A stretch of DNA of 64,000 nt, from NCBI GenBank assembly GCA_965219385.1, contig CBDCNM010000002.1, forward strand, positions 716,639 to 780,638, written 5' to 3'. Positions 60,242 through 64,000 of this stretch are shown here, piece by piece. The DNA is from Candidatus Latescibacterota bacterium. Lineage in GTDB: Bacteria > Latescibacterota > UBA2968 > UBA8231. A program made the position numbers and the translations under genes. How positions within the stretch are numbered: position 1 is the first letter of the stretch; each line of letters starts with the position of its first letter. Under the pieces are notes generated by a model that made no database searches, had not been told where the DNA came from, and saw only the letters and a list, made by a program, of their open reading frames with translations.

Positions 60242-61726
60242 CTAGTACATGCTTTCCTTGTCCGTGATCGGGCACCAGCGCAAGGTGGTGAGGAAATCCA
60301 GCAGGACCTGCTCGGCCTCGGGGGTGCCGATCCGTTGCAGGGCGGACACGCTGTGGCCGCTGACATAGCGGTTTTCGTCGGTCAGGGCCTGTGCCAGAAC
60401 CGGCACCGCGGCGGCGGCAGCCTCTCCATAGCGCGCCAGGGCATAGGGGGTATTGAAGCGCACCTGCTCGTCTTCGTCCTCGAGCAAGGTGATGAGCGCC
60501 GGCACCACCACCTCGGCATGGCGCTCGACCGTGCCCAGGGCCTCGGCCACATTGCGCCGCACCCACTCCGACGGATCGCGCACCATCCCGGCCAGGGCCT
60601 CGACGGCCTGGTCGCCGGCTGCCGCGCCGATCTCGCCCAGGGCATAGGCGGCGTACCCCCGGACGTGCTCGTGCCCGTGGTCCAGGGCCTCGACCAGGGC
60701 GGGCACCGCGGCGGCGCCCGCCGCCCCCAGGCCATAGGTCGCCCCCAAGCGCGGACCTTCCTCCACATCGTCCAGGATCTCGCCCAGAACGGGCACCGCG
60801 GCCTCACCTATGGTCCCCAGGGCATAGGCGGCATTGAGCTGTAGCGGCTCGGCCGCATCCTGCAATGTCCGCGCCAGCACCGGCACCGCCGCTTCGGCGG
60901 CCGGCCCCAGGGCGCCCAGTTGATTGACCGCCCCCAGACGCTCGGTTTCCTCTGCGGACTCCAGGATCTTCGTCAGTTCGGCTACCGAATGCCCGTTGGA
61001 GGCGCCGGCGCTTCTCCCTGCCCTGCCGCAGTGCCAGTCCCACACCTGCGACCACAGCACCTGGTGCTTATCCGCTCCGTTTGCGGGCCACTCCAGGCGG
61101 CGGGCGTTCCAGCTGGGCCGGGTGGGCTCTTGCATGCGGGTGAACTGGAACTTCATCATGTAGCGGTTCCGGTCCGTGCTGTTGGGCATGGCCCGGTGCC
61201 ACAGATCAAAGTGGACCAGGGCCGCGGTGCCGGCCTCGCCCAGGACCGGCTGGTGGACCTCGGAGGTCTCATCCTCTACCCGCGCGTTGTAGTACTGGGT
61301 CCCGGCCATGACCGCGGTCGGCCCTTGCTCCAGAGGGACGTCCTGTGGGTAGTAAAAAATCATGGCCCAGCGGGTGCGGTGGTAGCGCACCTTGTTGTAG
61401 CCCCAGTAACTGTCCTTGTGCCAGCCGCCGCCATCGCTTTGGGTCGGGTTGATGTGGGGATGCCGATGCGAGTGCATGGCGTAGTTCGGTCCCAGCACGC
61501 TCTTCAGGGCGCCGACGATGACCGGATCTTCAAAAACATGCTGTATCGCCGGGATTCTGGGCAGGAGGTTGTTCCCCGGGTTGCCCTCCTTTTCGAAGAC
61601 CTCCTCGGTCTTCTGGTAGATGGCCTGGTGCACCCTGGCCGGCAAGGTAGTCTTGAGGATTACATACCCATGGGCAATGTAGTGCCTCATCTCTTCGTCG
61701 CTGAGCAGGTACTGGGCATCGGACAT
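60242..61726 (-). CDS. PhyH-like Fe(II)/2-oxoglutarate dioxygenase fused to HEAT/PBS-lyase repeats
   Basis: HGYVIL, WHKD, GPT..AGT, LWHRA, R.M.KFQF, followed by repeated AVP.L..AL.D..VR..AAYALG units. AGGAG RBS. Confidence 0.85.
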   Translation of the reverse strand: MSDAQYLLSDEEMRHYIAHGYVILKTTLPARVHQAIYQKTEEVFEKEGNPGNNLLPRIPAIQHVFEDPVIVGALKSVLGPNYAMHSHRHPHINPTQSDGGGWHKDSYWGYNKVRYHRTRWAMIFYYPQDVPLEQGPTAVMAGTQYYNARVEDETSEVHQPVLGEAGTAALVHFDLWHRAMPNSTDRNRYMMKFQFTRMQEPTRPSWNARRLEWPANGADKHQVLWSQVWDWHCGRAGRSAGASNGHSVAELTKILESAEETERLGAVNQLGALGPAAEAAVPVLARTLQDAAEPLQLNAAYALGTIGEAAVPVLGEILDDVEEGPRLGATYGLGAAGAAAVPALVEALDHGHEHVRGYAAYALGEIGAAAGDQAVEALAGMVRDPSEWVRRNVAEALGTVERHAEVVVPALITLLEDEDEQVRFNTPYALARYGEAAAAAVPVLAQALTDENRYVSGHSVSALQRIGTPEAEQVLLDFLTTLRWCPITDKESMY

Positions 61727-61867
61727 ATCCGCCAACTCCTCGTTTTGTCCCGTGAACCGTCAACCAAGTAAAACTACCACTCCACCTGGAGCGAATCAAG
61801 TTTTTCAAAGCACTTATTTTGCGTTATCTTTTCTTGCGCATGCAGCCACCTCCTAATAAAACCCGCT

Positions 61868-62473
61868 TTATCTCCCGGCGGGCGCGCCCGGATCGGAGGC
61901 ACCCAGACGGGGCAGGGCCTCCATCATCAGGCGCACCGCCTCGTCGGTATCCCGGTGCTCCATGTCGATCGTCATGTGGGCGCTCTCGCAACCCATCTGG
62001 CACGCGGCGAAAAGCGGGCGCAACTGTTCGCTGCTGTCCAGGGGATGGGGCAGGAAAGGGTGCGCCAGCAGGCCGCGCTCCCGCAGCTGGCGCCGCAACG
62101 TCCAGTAGGCCATCGCCAGCGAGAGCTTGAAGTAGACCACCACGGCCGCTTCCACGACCTGCTCCAGGCGGGCCGGCTCGGTCAGGGCGGTGCCGTCGCC
62201 CACTACGACGATGCCGCAGGGCCTGGAGTTGAGTGCCTTGTCCAGCAGGCGGGCGCGAGCCTGGTGCAACAGGTCCTCTCCCCGACTTTGCACCAGGGCC
62301 CACAGGGACTGGCCGGCCTGGTGTTCCACCCACTGGTCCACATCGATGAAGGGCAGACCGGTCAGGGCGGCCAGGTCGCGCCCCACCTGGCGGTACTCGA
62401 TGCCGGGAAAACCGATCAGCACCAGTGGCTTGCTCAGCATCACCGTGGGGTGGTGATCGTAATAGTCAGACAC
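61868..62473 (-). CDS. Shikimate kinase-like protein with a degenerate P-loop
   Basis: LVLIGFPG..VGRDLA..GLPFIDVD..VE..AG, GE, VVGDG, VVYF. Confidence 0.65.
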   Translation of the reverse strand: MSDYYDHHPTVMLSKPLVLIGFPGIEYRQVGRDLAALTGLPFIDVDQWVEHQAGQSLWALVQSRGEDLLHQARARLLDKALNSRPCGIVVVGDGTALTEPARLEQVVEAAVVVYFKLSLAMAYWTLRRQLRERGLLAHPFLPHPLDSSEQLRPLFAACQMGCESAHMTIDMEHRDTDEAVRLMMEALPRLGASDPGAPAGR

Positions 62474-62678
62474 CTCGATCCTCTTCCTCGACCTGCATGT
62501 GGTAACTCCCGCGTCTCGAGATCCAGGACCCGGATCCAGTGGTTATCAGCTTGCCCATGCAGGAGTCGAACAAATCGTAGACCGCCTCACCCGAGCGCAT
62601 CCCCACCAGCTTGCCGGCTGGATCGATCCGGGCAAAACCGGGCCAGTCGTGCACCCGGTAGGACTTCCAGAAATCCGC
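62466..62678 (-). pseudogene. Possible C-terminal remnant of a thioredoxin-like domain
   Basis: FWKSYRVHDWPGFARIDPAGKLVGMRSGE resembles W..Y.V..WPT..LIDP.G. In-frame stops lie upstream. Confidence 0.3.
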
Positions 62679-62892
62679 TCACTTCACCAACACCAGTCGA
62701 TCAGCACCTCGGCCGGCGAGTCCTTCCGGCGCCGGCGTAGATAGCGGGAAGGAGAGTTGGTTGGTATATTTTTATTACGGATTGGTTCCATTCATGTTAC
62801 ATTTATTCCAGATCCATGTAATTTGTGTCAATCGCCATTCGCGCACCTACCCTGGGTCGCGGGTAATTCGATTTTCCGGGCAAATCCTGCCA

Positions 62893-64000
62893 ATGGACAA
62901 CACAGCTTTGCCACCACCGCCCCTGGAATGGCTCAGGGGCGACCTGCACAACCACTGCGAAAAACACGAGTTGATACCCGAGCACCTCGACGGCGTGGCC
63001 CGGCGGCTGGACTTCATGGCCCTGACCAACCACGCCCAGAAACCCATTTTTTTTGAGCAGCACCGGATGATCGCACGGGCGCGCGAGTTGCTGCCCGGCT
63101 TCCCCCTCTTCTTCGGCCTGGAGTGGAACGCGGCCGGAGGCCGCCACGCCTGCGTGATATTCCCGCCCGGCCCCCGCGAGGCCGAACACGCCTATGCCTT
63201 TTCAAGAGCCTACACCCGCCACGTGGAAGGCAGCAAGCCTTCCATTGACGCGGTCTTGACCCGCCTGAACGCCCTGCCCGAGGAGGAGCGCCCCATCCTG
63301 TTCTTCAACCACCCGGTCCCCGGCCACTGGTCCACAGCCACCATCGACCGCTACCTGAAGGCGGACAGGACCCGGGTCGTGGTCGGCATCGAAGCCGTGC
63401 ACGGCCACCAGGCCCATGCCAAGGCCGCGGCCATGGACCCTTTCACTTACCCGGGAGGGGGGCTCAATGGCCTGGCCGATCACGTGTACCAGAAGGGCAG
63501 GCCCTTCGCGCTCCTGGCCCACTCCGACTTCCACGTCCACAAACAACCCATACGCTACGATTACCCTCTGGGCGTCTTCAACCACACCCTGGTGGGCGTC
63601 GAGCCCGGAGTCCGCGACCCGGCGGCTGCCATCTTTGCCGCCCTGCGCGCGGGCCGCACCTGCGCCGCCCAGGGCCCCTGGCTGGACCTGATCGACTGCT
63701 GCATCGGCCCGAGCCGGTCGGGGGATACCTGGAGAGGGAATGGGGGCAACGCGGGCAAGTTGGTCGTGGCCTTCGAGGCTGGCGAAGACCTGGACGATGT
63801 GGAGTTGATAGGCCGCTTCTCAGGGGATGAAGTCCCGGCCTTGTTGCATTCCTTTGGCCCGCAGCCGGCCGGGCGCACTGAACTTGCCTTCGAGATCCCG
63901 CCCCGGGCGCGTGGCTATGTCCGCCTCCGGGCTGTCTCCGCCAGCCAGGAACGCCCTGCCCCCGGGCCCGTGGGTCCCAAGGTCTTCCAGACTTCGGCCA
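62893..64000 (+). CDS. PHP-domain (CehA/McbA-like) metallohydrolase, runs off the window end
   Basis: Manual translation: WLRGDLHNH, DFMALTNH, GLEW..H, FNHP, GIEAVHG, AHSDFH, ALRAGR. Confidence 0.85.
   Translation, partial: MDNTALPPPPLEWLRGDLHNHCEKHELIPEHLDGVARRLDFMALTNHAQKPIFFEQHRMIARARELLPGFPLFFGLEWNAAGGRHACVIFPPGPREAEHAYAFSRAYTRHVEGSKPSIDAVLTRLNALPEEERPILFFNHPVPGHWSTATIDRYLKADRTRVVVGIEAVHGHQAHAKAAAMDPFTYPGGGLNGLADHVYQKGRPFALLAHSDFHVHKQPIRYDYPLGVFNHTLVGVEPGVRDPAAAIFAALRAGRTCAAQGPWLDLIDCCIGPSRSGDTWRGNGGNAGKLVVAFEAGEDLDDVELIGRFSGDEVPALLHSFGPQPAGRTELAFEIPPRARGYVRLRAVSASQERPAPGPVGPKVFQTSA

Noticed and set aside
62679..62681. Selenocysteine TGA in the thioredoxin-like remnant
   Set aside because: It is not in a CxxU context, and a TAA further upstream in the same frame leaves no convincing start.

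Overview
High-GC bacterial chromosome segment, probably from the FCB group (Latescibacterota/Gemmatimonadota-like). That assignment is an inference from three proteins ending in an NPFN..FlgD-Ig sorting domain. Bases 1-33.9 kb are intact core genes: a DUF4175/TPR/MoxR/DUF58 cluster, sufBCDSU-sufT-rrf2, a histone H1-like (KAAPK)25 gene, a minus-strand run of sucA-sucB-lpdA-hisI-pncA-pncB-aminotransferase-nadE, purL, a GDPD and a YbbA/YbbP-type ABC pair. Bases 34.0-45.9 kb read as an eroding integron cassette array with no integrase in the window. It has five related attC-like hairpins, and three cassettes have self-complementary ends; two of those three start at a non-canonical ATT core instead of GTT. 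Its cargo is an M6 protease/propeller protein, a HigBA-type TA pair, an orphan DNA methyltransferase, an intact BglII-like restriction-modification system, a SAM methyltransferase and several fused gene fragments. Next come an IS5 element, a roughly 4040-codon modular FN3/cadherin surface-protein gene broken by two lesions, an IS5 remnant and an orphan sorting-domain fragment. The window ends with PhyH-HEAT, atypical shikimate-kinase-like and PHP genes. Outside the array, the most notable signal is a synonymously recoded patch in sufB centred on a known intein insertion site. All calls come from reading the sequence by eye; no searches or folding were run.
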